Assembly: GCA_963169695.1 (NCBI GenBank)
Contig: CAUJDS010000011.1
Coordinates: forward strand, 57,001-121,000
DNA length: 64,000 nt
Direction: 5' to 3'
Origin: Bdellovibrionota bacterium
GTDB lineage: Bacteria; Bdellovibrionota; UBA1018; CAUJDS01
This document shows, one piece after another, positions 47,599 through 56,469 of the stretch; the first letter of the stretch is position 1; each line of letters begins with the position of its first letter. Under the pieces are notes generated by a model. It worked only from the letters and a program-made list of their open reading frames with translations. It did not search any database and was not told the origin of the DNA. A program made the position numbers and the translations under genes.

Positions 47599-49262
47599 CC
47601 AGCAAGGCGGGTTTGATTCTTGGAAGTGGGTAATGGATGACAGGAAGGGGAGCAGCGAGGGAGGCAAAATTGAAAGAGTATTTTCAGTAAGGACCCGTGA
47701 ATACTCGTTTCATTGACTCCCTTTCTGCGCGCGAAATGGAAAGGAATTTTTCATCATCCTATTTGTAATTCAGAATTTTTCTCAAATTTTCTGTCATTTT
47801 TGCTTGACCGAGTTTTTTTATAAAAGGGTATTCTTCATTCAGTAAATCCAAGCAATGCGTAATGTCCTATTGCACGCGCATAATGCCTCAGTAGAGCATC
47901 GTTCGCTTAGCAATCCTCCGGGCTCATTTGAATGCTTGTATCGAGTCTCCTATAGAAGACTAAGGACTAAATATTCGACCAAAAATTCCGTGATAAGTAG
48001 TTTCGAAGAAAAAGAAACGGAGAAATGCAATGCTGCAAAATGAATCCACTCAAGCGTCAAAGATTAAAAATATTAGCACAGAACAATCGCCTTCTAGCCT
48101 CAAGGGATTGTCGGATTCTCAGTTGCAGCTTCGAATCCGAGAGCTTGCCAAAGCGGAACAGAGACTGACTTTACAAGTGCTGCTTCACCTCAAAGAAATC
48201 TCCGATCGCAAGCTCCATGCAAAGCTTGGATATGCTTCCTTATGGGAATATGCGGTGAAAGAACTAGGCTATTGCGAGGCTTCCGCTTCCTCTCGTATTG
48301 CGGCGATGCGACTGATGGTGAGTGTTCCAGAAGCTAGGACTCAGATCGAAAACGGGAAACTCACACTTTCTCAGGCAGCAAGGATTCAGCAGTTTATTCG
48401 CAAGGAGAATCAAGTTTCTTCTCAGCCCATTACGAAAAGCGAAACCAAAGCAATCATCCAGGCCTCCGTAGGTACTTCCATCCGAGAGACCCAGAGGATG
48501 CTCGAAGCCAAAGCCCAAGAACGAAGACCCAGCCTGATTGCAGAAAAGCCGAATCAACCTACTATCTCCTTCCAAGCCGATGAAGAAACCATGCAAATGC
48601 TAGAAAGGCTCCGAGAGCTGCGTGGAAACTTGGGAGCCTTGGAGTTATTTAAGCTAAGCCTGAGAACCACTTTAGACAAACTCGATCCACTCCGAAAGAA
48701 GCAGAAGGTAATAGGAAATAGCAAACCAGATCCATCCCTTTTTGCGCAGAAACCCGAGGATGATTGCCTCGTTTTTGATAGGAATTTATGCCCAACTTCT
48801 CCGAAGCCTTCACGCTTTATTCCGCAATGGATTCGGATCGAAGTGGCTAAGCGTAGCAAAGGCCAGTGCGAGTACCATAGTCCTTTAAACGGCAAGCGAT
48901 GCGAGAGTCGGTACCGCGTTCAATACGACCACATTGTGCCGATTGCTCGTGGGGGAGTAGGAACGCTAGCTAACATTCAGCACCTTTGCGGACTGCACAA
49001 TCGTACAAAGGGGGTGCAGATGGAGGCTGCGTACTTCGGGGTAGGACATGCAGTTGCGCCACCAGAAAGAAGAAGCTAATTTTGGTACTTATAGTGAGTA
49101 CGCGCGCGCGAAGAAGGGAAATGTTTTGATTGGCTAACAGGCAACTGTAAAATGCATGAATGTTTTGCAATTTTGAACCTACTTTTTGCACCCCCTCACC
49201 CTTGCTGTTCTCCATCCTGTCATCCATTGCTAACTTCCAAGAATCAAACCCGCCTTGCTGGA
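47599..49262. mobile_element. TIR-bounded cassette carrying an HNH endonuclease gene (putative small mobile element).
   Basis: Left repeat 47599-47655 (ccagcaaggcgggtttgattcttggaagtgggtaatggatgacaggaaggggagcagc). The right repeat 49201-49262 is its imperfect reverse complement. The first 29 bp are identical and overall identity is about 85% over about 60 bp. The pseudo-ORFs 47513..47716 (+) and 48970..49269 (-) encode the same QQGGFDSWK.MDDR peptide because of this symmetry. Confidence 0.6.
48030..49079 (+). CDS. HNH endonuclease domain protein (C-terminal HNH, N-terminal ~250 aa uncharacterised).
   Basis: C-terminal CEYHSPLNGKRCESRYRVQYDHIVPIARGGVGTLANIQHLCGLHNR is an HNH motif (CxxH..C...DHIxP...GG...N...LC..HN). 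Confidence 0.8.
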   Translation: MLQNESTQASKIKNISTEQSPSSLKGLSDSQLQLRIRELAKAEQRLTLQVLLHLKEISDRKLHAKLGYASLWEYAVKELGYCEASASSRIAAMRLMVSVPEARTQIENGKLTLSQAARIQQFIRKENQVSSQPITKSETKAIIQASVGTSIRETQRMLEAKAQERRPSLIAEKPNQPTISFQADEETMQMLERLRELRGNLGALELFKLSLRTTLDKLDPLRKKQKVIGNSKPDPSLFAQKPEDDCLVFDRNLCPTSPKPSRFIPQWIRIEVAKRSKGQCEYHSPLNGKRCESRYRVQYDHIVPIARGGVGTLANIQHLCGLHNRTKGVQMEAAYFGVGHAVAPPERRS

Positions 49263-49465
49263 GTTGCACTGGTGCTATTTAGGGTCGTTGAATGGTCAGT
49301 GGCTTAGAGGAAGATGCCTACCAGGAACAAGCGGAACGATGCTCTCCTGTAGATTCGCATAAAGCTACGATGAATCACGTCCTCCCTGCGAGGGCTAACG
49401 AGAATGGGCCTGGGCTCGAATTATTTCTTGCAAGCCCGAGTTGGGTTCATTAAACCCAAGAAATC

Positions 49466-49936
49466 ATGAAACGACGCTATTGGATCCTAAAGAACGAAGT
49501 GACGGACTACTCCATCGATGAAATGAAAAAAGACGGACAGACCGATTGGACGGGAGTCCGCAACTACCAGGCTCGTAATTTTATGATGAAGGACATGAAA
49601 GCTGGAGACTGGGCCTACTTCTACCACAGCAATGCTGAGCCTCCGGGATGCGCCGGCATTATAGAGATCTCTCGCGAAGCAAAGCCCGACCTCACGGCAC
49701 TAGACCCCAAGAGCAAATACTTCGAAAAGCGGGCCACCAAGGAAAACCCTGTATGGCATTGTGTTCAAGTAAAGTTCAAACGAAAGCTGAAGCGTCTCGT
49801 ACCCCTCAGCGAACTTCGAGAAAACCCAAAGCTCAAAGACCTCTTACTTCTCCAACGAGGAAGTCGACTTTCGATCACGCCCGTCAGCCAAGAAGCATTT
49901 GAAGAAATAGAAAGAATGTCCAAAGAGATCCGATAG
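49466..49936 (+). CDS. EVE domain protein (PUA-like, DUF55).
   Basis: 156 aa. MKRRYWILKNEVTDYSIDE...WTGVRNYQARNFMMKDMKAGDWAYFYHS...GCAGIIEISREAKPD... matches the EVE/thymocyte-nuclear-protein-1-like fold signature. Confidence 0.8.
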   Translation: MKRRYWILKNEVTDYSIDEMKKDGQTDWTGVRNYQARNFMMKDMKAGDWAYFYHSNAEPPGCAGIIEISREAKPDLTALDPKSKYFEKRATKENPVWHCVQVKFKRKLKRLVPLSELRENPKLKDLLLLQRGSRLSITPVSQEAFEEIERMSKEIR

Positions 49937-49940
49937 TGCT

Positions 49941-51545
49941 TTATCGCCTTCCAAATACAACATCCAAAGCACACCGAATCAAGGAACGCCTTTCAACGCT
50001 CTTTGAAGACTCCTTGCCTTTATCCGGATCCAAGAGTGGCTCGAGAAAGGACCTCAGGGCCAACTGACCTTTTGCCTCATTGGTATAGAAATCATGCAAC
50101 ACCGCCTGACCGGGTTTGACCCAGGCCAGAGTGGATTGATCAGTCCCAAGTACCAGCGTCTTTTGAAAGTCCGCGTGGAGGTTAGCCATATGCAAAAATC
50201 CACTATCTTGGGTAATTATGGCGCTGGCTTCTTTCATTGCTGAATACCATATGGGTTTGAGGTCCGGCTCGGCTGGAAGGAATGCAAGCTTGCCTGTTTG
50301 CTCTTGGTATTTTTTCAAAAATGCTTCCGCCTTTGCATAAGCTGATTGAATAGCTTTTTGTTCTTCAGCGTAGTGCTGCGAACTTGGATTCTCCAGTGGT
50401 GTAACTATAATGCGGGTACGGGGATTGACCGAATGGACCGTGCGAAGGATCGCTTCCAGTGCTGCATCTACCTTAGGTCCAATAACCGCCGTCTTAAAGG
50501 TTCCAGCTGTGTTGAGATTCAAAACAAGTAGTGGACCGTCCTGTGACCGAAAGGACGAGCTCAAAAAAGCCCTCCATGCGTTCTCTTCCGCGGGCATTTT
50601 CAACAAAGTGGCCGGAATATGAAAGTCCACGGGAGTCCCAAACAGCACGCCACTTTGCATGCCACTCACTTCATAATTAGACCTGCTCCTGCCAATAAAC
50701 AGATCCTTCCACTTGTCCCAAATCTGATGCCCTGATTCCTGATGACTCGTTTCAATCAGAGAACGCTGAGCTGGGGTGAGGTTCTTGTTCCAAGAGTAAA
50801 CCTCCGCAAGTCCCCCTTCCGTCAGAATCGCCGTCCCTTCTATCGCCTTCAGACGATCTCGGATCGCTTTCTTTACGTGATGGGCTACCCAGCTACTTGC
50901 TTGAGCAATTCTCTCGTTAGATCGCTTGTCAAAAGGTAGTTTCTCTCGCAATCGCCTACGAATTACCGTATTAACAATTTCTCCATCCAAATAACTCGCG
51001 TCCACATAGTAAAGCGTCGTGGGATGTTGAAGTGGCGCCAGCATCTTGCCAAGAAAAGGCTCTAGCTCCCACTTCCAACTCACTGGTGATTTGAAATCGG
51101 TATCCGCCGCATACCGTTCAATTTGACTAAAGACATCCTGACCAATGACTTCCGGAAGCCTCATCGGCTCCAATATCAATCCGCGCTGCGCTCTCAGAAT
51201 ATCTACAAACGGGCTGGTTACGTGCAAAGGAGTTGTTGGAAAAGCGGACTGAATCCCATTCAGCGCCGAAAATCCAAATAGCACCGTATCGCCAAGGTAG
51301 GAGCGATAGCTCAAGAGATGTACCTTCTCCCAAGGCAACCTGATCAATCCGGTAGCCTCTACCATGCTTCGAGGCAAGGGTCCCGTTATCCCAGCAACAC
51401 GCAGGAAATCCGCCCAAAATCCGGGTGGAACCTTCCGGGGTTCCGCTGCAAACACGGAGACCTGCAAGGCCAAGAAAAGGCACAAAAACAAATGTCGCTT
51501 GCAGTGCCGGCCTATGAACTTCTTGAAGAACATCCCTTTCCTCAC
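49941..51545 (-). CDS. Secreted hypothetical protein with a GT9 (heptosyltransferase)-like C-terminal region.
   Basis: Signal peptide (LFLCLFLALQVSVFAA). C-terminal ...IITQDSGFLHMANLHADFQKTLVLGTD resembles the GT9 xTNDSGPMHLAAA...LFG motif. The N-terminal half has no known domain. Confidence 0.4.
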   Translation of the reverse strand: MRKGMFFKKFIGRHCKRHLFLCLFLALQVSVFAAEPRKVPPGFWADFLRVAGITGPLPRSMVEATGLIRLPWEKVHLLSYRSYLGDTVLFGFSALNGIQSAFPTTPLHVTSPFVDILRAQRGLILEPMRLPEVIGQDVFSQIERYAADTDFKSPVSWKWELEPFLGKMLAPLQHPTTLYYVDASYLDGEIVNTVIRRRLREKLPFDKRSNERIAQASSWVAHHVKKAIRDRLKAIEGTAILTEGGLAEVYSWNKNLTPAQRSLIETSHQESGHQIWDKWKDLFIGRSRSNYEVSGMQSGVLFGTPVDFHIPATLLKMPAEENAWRAFLSSSFRSQDGPLLVLNLNTAGTFKTAVIGPKVDAALEAILRTVHSVNPRTRIIVTPLENPSSQHYAEEQKAIQSAYAKAEAFLKKYQEQTGKLAFLPAEPDLKPIWYSAMKEASAIITQDSGFLHMANLHADFQKTLVLGTDQSTLAWVKPGQAVLHDFYTNEAKGQLALRSFLEPLLDPDKGKESSKSVERRSLIRCALDVVFGRR

Positions 51546-51585
51546 TTACGACAAGCATCCCGCGAGTCGTACCTTCTCGCTTAGT

Positions 51586-52647
51586 CTACGCGGCTTCCTT
51601 CGCAACTTCACGAATCAAATCACGGATTGAATCCGCTTGTGGCACACTGGCCGCCTCTAAGGGATCTGCCAAACCCACTCCAGGCAGGAAAGCTCCCGCC
51701 AACAAGCGAGGCCGTGCAACCAAGTCGTAGAAATGCTCTTCCACCGCTCGACGCAATAGGTGCTCACCAAAATTAGAAACTTCCGTATCTTCGTTGATAA
51801 AGACCGCACGACGCGTCTTCTTGATCGACTCCGAAATCATTGCCCAATCATAGGGCCATAAAGTTCGAAGATCGATGACCTCGGCCGAAATACCTTCTTG
51901 CGCTTCCAACTCTTGCGCAACTTGCTTGGCAATCGGGAGCGTCCGACCGTAAGAAACCACGGTCACTTGCTTGCCTGGTTTAACGATCTTGCCCTTACCT
52001 AGTTCAATCGTAAAATCCGTCAACCCCTCAGGCCACTTTGGTTTCCACTGGGTGCGGTCACCCAACGGCGCATCGATTCGGTCTCGCAGTTCTTTTTCAT
52101 TCTCGGGTTCGCCAGGGATGAGGTCTTCACCTTTTACGCGAAGGAGTGCCTTTGGCTTGAGGTACATCGTCGGATTAGGATCCTTCATGCACGCAATCAA
52201 AAGTCCGTAGGCATCCAAGGCATTGGAAGGCATTACAATCTTCCAACCAGGGATATGGGTCGCCGTCGCATCAAAAGAATGCGAATGATAAATAGCTCCA
52301 CGGATACCGCTTCCAACAGGCGTCATCACCGTCATCGGAAGATTCCAGTCGCCATTGGATGCCCAGCAAGCATTGCCAGCGAGCTTCAAGAGGTCAATGG
52401 TGTTGTAGATGTAATCGCAGAACTGAATCTCAGCCACGCATCGATCTCCAGCCAAGGCAATCCCCATTGCTGCACCAATAATGCCACGTTCGTCCAAGGG
52501 AGAATTCCAAGTCTTCGTCAAACCTTGGGTAGCCGTGAATACTCCACCCAGCGGCGGACCCACATCTTCGCCAAAGATATCAGTCACACCAAGTTTGGTT
52601 TCACCCACATGAAGCGCCATTCGAATGGCCTGTGCAATCGTTGCCAT
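51586..52647 (-). CDS. 2-oxoacid (branched-chain/pyruvate) dehydrogenase E1 component beta subunit.
   Basis: MATIAQAIRMALHVGETKLGVTDIFGEDVGPPLGGVFTATQGL. Transketolase-like pyrimidine-binding and C-terminal domains. Start at M20 of the track ORF. Confidence 0.85.
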   Translation of the reverse strand: MATIAQAIRMALHVGETKLGVTDIFGEDVGPPLGGVFTATQGLTKTWNSPLDERGIIGAAMGIALAGDRCVAEIQFCDYIYNTIDLLKLAGNACWASNGDWNLPMTVMTPVGSGIRGAIYHSHSFDATATHIPGWKIVMPSNALDAYGLLIACMKDPNPTMYLKPKALLRVKGEDLIPGEPENEKELRDRIDAPLGDRTQWKPKWPEGLTDFTIELGKGKIVKPGKQVTVVSYGRTLPIAKQVAQELEAQEGISAEVIDLRTLWPYDWAMISESIKKTRRAVFINEDTEVSNFGEHLLRRAVEEHFYDLVARPRLLAGAFLPGVGLADPLEAASVPQADSIRDLIREVAKEAA

Positions 52648-52648
52648 C

Positions 52649-53734
52649 TTACCAACCTTTTCCTCTCTGGCCAAAATAGACGTAGTCGTAAATCGTCGAA
52701 GCATCTGGCATCGGCTCTTGCTTCACTTGCTTAGCCATATCTAAGAATTCTTGCGTGTAACGATCTCGCAATTCATCCATCTGCTTTCGTGTCATGACTT
52801 TGGATTCTTCCAACTTCTTTTCAAAAAGCACTAAGGGGTCCGCTTCGCCACCTACAAAGTTGGCTCCACTTGCTGAACTATGCCCGTAGAGACGCGATAC
52901 GCGCGCTTCAATAAAGAAAGGCTTTCGTTCTTTGCGAATGTAATCCATCGCCTCTTGAATCGCTTGATACGACTCTTCAACGTCGTTTCCGTTGATGGTG
53001 CGTGACTCAATCCCGAAAGCACGAGCACGATCCGAAATTTGTTTTTCGCCGTGCTGACCTTCCGAAGGCGTAGAGATCCCGTACGAGTTATTGGTTACAA
53101 TAATCAATATCGGTAGTGGATTGATTGGACGAGAAGCCCAGATCAAGCACGAAGCAAATTCACCTTCCGCTGTGCCGGCATCACCACCATTGACGATGGT
53201 GATTCCAGTACCGCCATGGCGTTTTTGCGCAATGGCCGTCCCAATCGCTGAAGCGTATTGGGTTTCGATCGTCGAAGAAATCGGAACAATGTTCCATTTG
53301 CGAATGGAGTAATGATTCGAAAAATTTCTTCCGCCCGAATACGGATCGGTTGCCACGTTTTTCATTTGGCGAATGGAGCCAATCGGTTCTGCCCCCATCG
53401 CTAATACAATGGCACTCGAACGATAGTGAAGGTGAAGGTAATCATAGTCCTTGCCTTCGCCTTTTTTGACCTGAAGACCTAGCGGAACGTTGAACGCTTC
53501 TTCGCCGGGACCTCCAATCCAAAAATATCCGTCCGACTGCTTGTACATCTTGATGAGACGTTCTTCGAGAACGCGCGACTTCACCATGACATCATGAATG
53601 CGAGTCAAGACTTCGGGGCTGATACGCGCTTTGGAGTCGTTGGACTTCAACTGCGTGACATTGTCTTGGTTACCTTTGGAGCGCTCCGGCGATGCCGAAG
53701 CGGTACGGGCTGCTACTTTCAAATGCGACTTCAA
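52649..53734 (-). CDS. 2-oxoacid dehydrogenase E1 component alpha subunit (TPP-binding).
   Basis: 361 aa. TPP-binding motif (GDAGTAEGEFASCLIWASRPINPLPILIIVTNN). YR.H phosphorylation-loop-like region. Confidence 0.85.
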   Translation of the reverse strand: MKSHLKVAARTASASPERSKGNQDNVTQLKSNDSKARISPEVLTRIHDVMVKSRVLEERLIKMYKQSDGYFWIGGPGEEAFNVPLGLQVKKGEGKDYDYLHLHYRSSAIVLAMGAEPIGSIRQMKNVATDPYSGGRNFSNHYSIRKWNIVPISSTIETQYASAIGTAIAQKRHGGTGITIVNGGDAGTAEGEFASCLIWASRPINPLPILIIVTNNSYGISTPSEGQHGEKQISDRARAFGIESRTINGNDVEESYQAIQEAMDYIRKERKPFFIEARVSRLYGHSSASGANFVGGEADPLVLFEKKLEESKVMTRKQMDELRDRYTQEFLDMAKQVKQEPMPDASTIYDYVYFGQRGKGW

Positions 53735-53869
53735 GGGCTTTCCTCCTGCCTCTATTTATCGGATAAAACCCACCCTACATAATAACGCTACGGTCCACAA
53801 GTCGTTCAGTTTCGAGAACAGCAAAAAAAAGCTTGGCGTTTTTTTGACAGTTGGGCTTATGACTGAGAG

Positions 53870-54475
53870 ATGACTCGGTTGGCGCTCACTTTTTATGATT
53901 CGTATCGTAGTTTGGTCCGGGGAAAGACCCGTATTGGCCTTGCCTGGATCTTCGCGGCTTGGATGGTGCTTACCACCCGAGAAAATCCTCAATGGCCTGG
54001 GATTTTAGTCTGTTTTTTTGGCGCATCGCTCCGATTCTGGGCAAGTGGGTATCTGCGAAAAGATTCCGAGATGTCCATTGGGGGGCCTTATCGCTGGACC
54101 CGCAATCCCCTCTATCTTGGGACCTACCTGATGGCAGTGGGCGCTGCGCTAGCTGCAGAACAATGGGCCTTTGCACTTTTTGTTAGCGTGGCCTTTGCTT
54201 CCGTCTATCGATTTATTATTCAAGATGAGGAAGCCAAATTACTTCGTCTCTTTGGGGAGACTTATCGCCGCTACTTGGAAGTGGTGCCCCGCTTCTTTCC
54301 ACTACGCGGAAGAGCCAATGATGCCATTGCAAAAGAGCTGTCGTCGCAAGAAGGTCTACGTTTTTCGTGGGCAGTGGCCATGCAAAACAAAGCATTTGAG
54401 GCCTATTACACTTGGGCCGCACTCGTTGGCTTTATGGCCATTCTCGCTGCTTTTTGGCAGCATTACTCTGGTTGA
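53870..54475 (+). CDS. Membrane methyltransferase of the isoprenylcysteine carboxyl methyltransferase/PEMT family.
   Basis: 201 aa. 4-5 TM segments. GPYRWTRNPLYLGTYLMAVGAA motif. Confidence 0.7.
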   Translation: MTRLALTFYDSYRSLVRGKTRIGLAWIFAAWMVLTTRENPQWPGILVCFFGASLRFWASGYLRKDSEMSIGGPYRWTRNPLYLGTYLMAVGAALAAEQWAFALFVSVAFASVYRFIIQDEEAKLLRLFGETYRRYLEVVPRFFPLRGRANDAIAKELSSQEGLRFSWAVAMQNKAFEAYYTWAALVGFMAILAAFWQHYSG

Positions 54476-54957
54476 TCCCATCCGTCTAATCGAACCGCAA
54501 CGCCATAGCCATCCGCAAGATCCAGAATTTCGCGAGCCCAAGCCCAATGCTCCAGACGAACAACAATGACCGTGATTCCCTCGGCGGAAGCTTCGAACTG
54601 AAATCGTGCTGCGCCCCCCTTCACTCCCAGCCTCTTCTTAACGGCCATCACAAACGCAGTTGTCGGATCTAGCGGTCCCACTTCACTAGGACCTGTGCCA
54701 AACCAGGTTCGGGTTCGAAGCTCCTCCGGAATAAGAGGACGACGACGCAACAAAAGGTTTGCCTCGCGCTCTCCCGTCTGCCTTAGATGAGGAAGTACTT
54801 CCGCACGCCAGGCCTTAAAGCAATGCACTGGCGAGACACCTTCTTTTCCGTCTTCTGTGTGAGCATTTGCAAATGAAGCCGCTACTCCGCTCGTCAGTAA
54901 CGCAAAGCCGGCGACGCACCCCCGTGCACACAATTTCAATCCATCCATTTTGACCAT
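54463..54957 (-). CDS. Secreted hypothetical protein (164 aa).
   Basis: Signal peptide (LCARGCVAGFALLTSGVAASFANA). No known domain. Confidence 0.4.
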   Translation of the reverse strand: MVKMDGLKLCARGCVAGFALLTSGVAASFANAHTEDGKEGVSPVHCFKAWRAEVLPHLRQTGEREANLLLRRRPLIPEELRTRTWFGTGPSEVGPLDPTTAFVMAVKKRLGVKGGAARFQFEASAEGITVIVVRLEHWAWAREILDLADGYGVAVRLDGWDQPE

Positions 54958-55058
54958 CCGCCGAAATCCTAGCTAACACTCCCCGGGAATGCAAGGTACT
55001 GGACGACCTCAGCTGAGTTCGTTAAGGTTGCCGGAGCTCAATATTGAAAGGGGGCTCT

Positions 55059-55706
55059 ATGAAATCCATTATCGAATCACGTCACCTACTCAAACATCCT
55101 TACTACCAAGCTTGGGAGTGCGGAATGTTGCCCGCATCGTCGCTTCAGCACTACGCTGCTCAGTACTTTCATCATGTGCAGGCTTTTCCACGCTACCTAA
55201 GCGCCATCCACTCGCAAATGAAAACGGTTGAAGAGCGCCAGAGCATTCTTGAAAACCTCATTGATGAGGAACGTGGAACAGAAAACCATCCAGAACTCTG
55301 GCTTCGCTTTGCAGAGGGAATGGGAATCACTCGCCAAGAAGTCATGGCAAGCCAACCTGAGCCGGCTGTGCGCAATATTATGGAAACTTTTCTTGGATCT
55401 GCTCGCAATTCAGCGGCCCAAGGATTGGGTGCGCTCTATGCTTATGAGAGTCAGGTTCCTCAAATTGCGGAATTCAAAATAGCTGCGTTGAAGAAATTCT
55501 ATCTTCAAAACCAAACTCCCGCGGATCAACAACGAACACTTCGGTTTTTTGAAGTGCATCGTCAAGCCGATGTTTATCACACGGAAGCGGTTGAATCGCT
55601 GATCAACGGCCTACCAGCCGAGCAGAAGGCAGAAGCAGAAGTCGCCTGCAAAAAGGCAGCCGACGCCCTATGGAGCTTTCTCGACTCCATGCCGATCCAA
55701 GCTTAA
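55059..55706 (+). CDS. PqqC/TenA/CADD-like (haem-oxygenase-fold) protein.
   Basis: LKHPYYQAWECGMLPASSLQHYAAQYFHHVQAFPRYLSAI resembles the PqqC/CADD N-terminal motif. Likely ATG at 55059 preceded by an AAAGGGGG Shine-Dalgarno; the track start at 55044 is a TTG. Confidence 0.6.
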   Translation: MKSIIESRHLLKHPYYQAWECGMLPASSLQHYAAQYFHHVQAFPRYLSAIHSQMKTVEERQSILENLIDEERGTENHPELWLRFAEGMGITRQEVMASQPEPAVRNIMETFLGSARNSAAQGLGALYAYESQVPQIAEFKIAALKKFYLQNQTPADQQRTLRFFEVHRQADVYHTEAVESLINGLPAEQKAEAEVACKKAADALWSFLDSMPIQA

Positions 55707-56410
55707 GGTAGATCAAACCATAGGATTTCGCATCCATCGGCTCCCGCGACAAACGTCAGGTTGGTTTCGGAGCTGATGGATGCACCATCTCCGGCCTTTA
55801 CTTTATGCTCCTGCAACATTCCATCTCCCCGCACCACTTGAAGCCAACCATAGCGTCTCTGCCCTAGCGGAAGCTCCACTGATTTATTGGAAGCCACTCG
55901 AACTCCAAATAACTTTGCGTCTTGATGAATCGCTATGGATTCACTCTCTCCATTCGGACTAGCCAGTAGCGTAAGTGCTCCAGAATCCAGATTTTTACTA
56001 AAGGACTTCTGATCATAGCGAGGAGCCCCGTCTTTCTGATTGGGAAGGATCCAGATTTGAAGAAAATGTACTTTTTCTTCAAAGTCCGGATTGAACTCGC
56101 TATGAGTCACGCCTTTGCCGGCACTCATGTACTGCACTTCACCAGGGAGAATGACCGATCCATTGCCCATGCTATCTTTGTGCTGCAATTTTCCTTCAAT
56201 GACGTAGGAAAGAATCTCCATGTTTTGGTGAGCATGGGTTCCAAATCCCTTTTCGGGCTCTACCCGATCTTCATTGATGACGCGAAGCTCACGGTAACCC
56301 ATGAACCTTGAATCCCGATAGTCTCCAAAGGAAAAGGTATGAAAGCTTTTTAGCCAACCGTGGTCTGCAAGACCTCGCTCATCCGAACGCCGTAATTCTA
56401 TCATTTTCAT
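55703..56410 (-). CDS. Pirin family cupin protein.
   Basis: 235 aa. HTFSFGDY...GFGTHAHQNMEILSYVIEGKLQHKDSMGNG matches the pirin N-terminal cupin with metal-binding His residues. Confidence 0.85.
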   Translation of the reverse strand: MKMIELRRSDERGLADHGWLKSFHTFSFGDYRDSRFMGYRELRVINEDRVEPEKGFGTHAHQNMEILSYVIEGKLQHKDSMGNGSVILPGEVQYMSAGKGVTHSEFNPDFEEKVHFLQIWILPNQKDGAPRYDQKSFSKNLDSGALTLLASPNGESESIAIHQDAKLFGVRVASNKSVELPLGQRRYGWLQVVRGDGMLQEHKVKAGDGASISSETNLTFVAGADGCEILWFDLP

Positions 56411-56469
56411 TACTCCTTCTCGTTCAATACTTCATTGAAACTCACGTCCTAACATGGCATTTCTGACAT

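Noticed and set aside
47513-47716. Plus-strand ORF at 47513..47716 and minus-strand ORF at 48970..49269, which encode near-identical peptides (QQGGFDSWK.MDDR).
   Set aside because: The shared peptide is a by-product of the two inverted-repeat arms flanking the HNH gene. They are not independent genes.
49080-49200. GTAC...GTAC partial palindrome after the HNH stop, checked as a terminator.
   Set aside because: The stem is only 4-6 bp with mismatches and has no T-tract. It is too weak to call.
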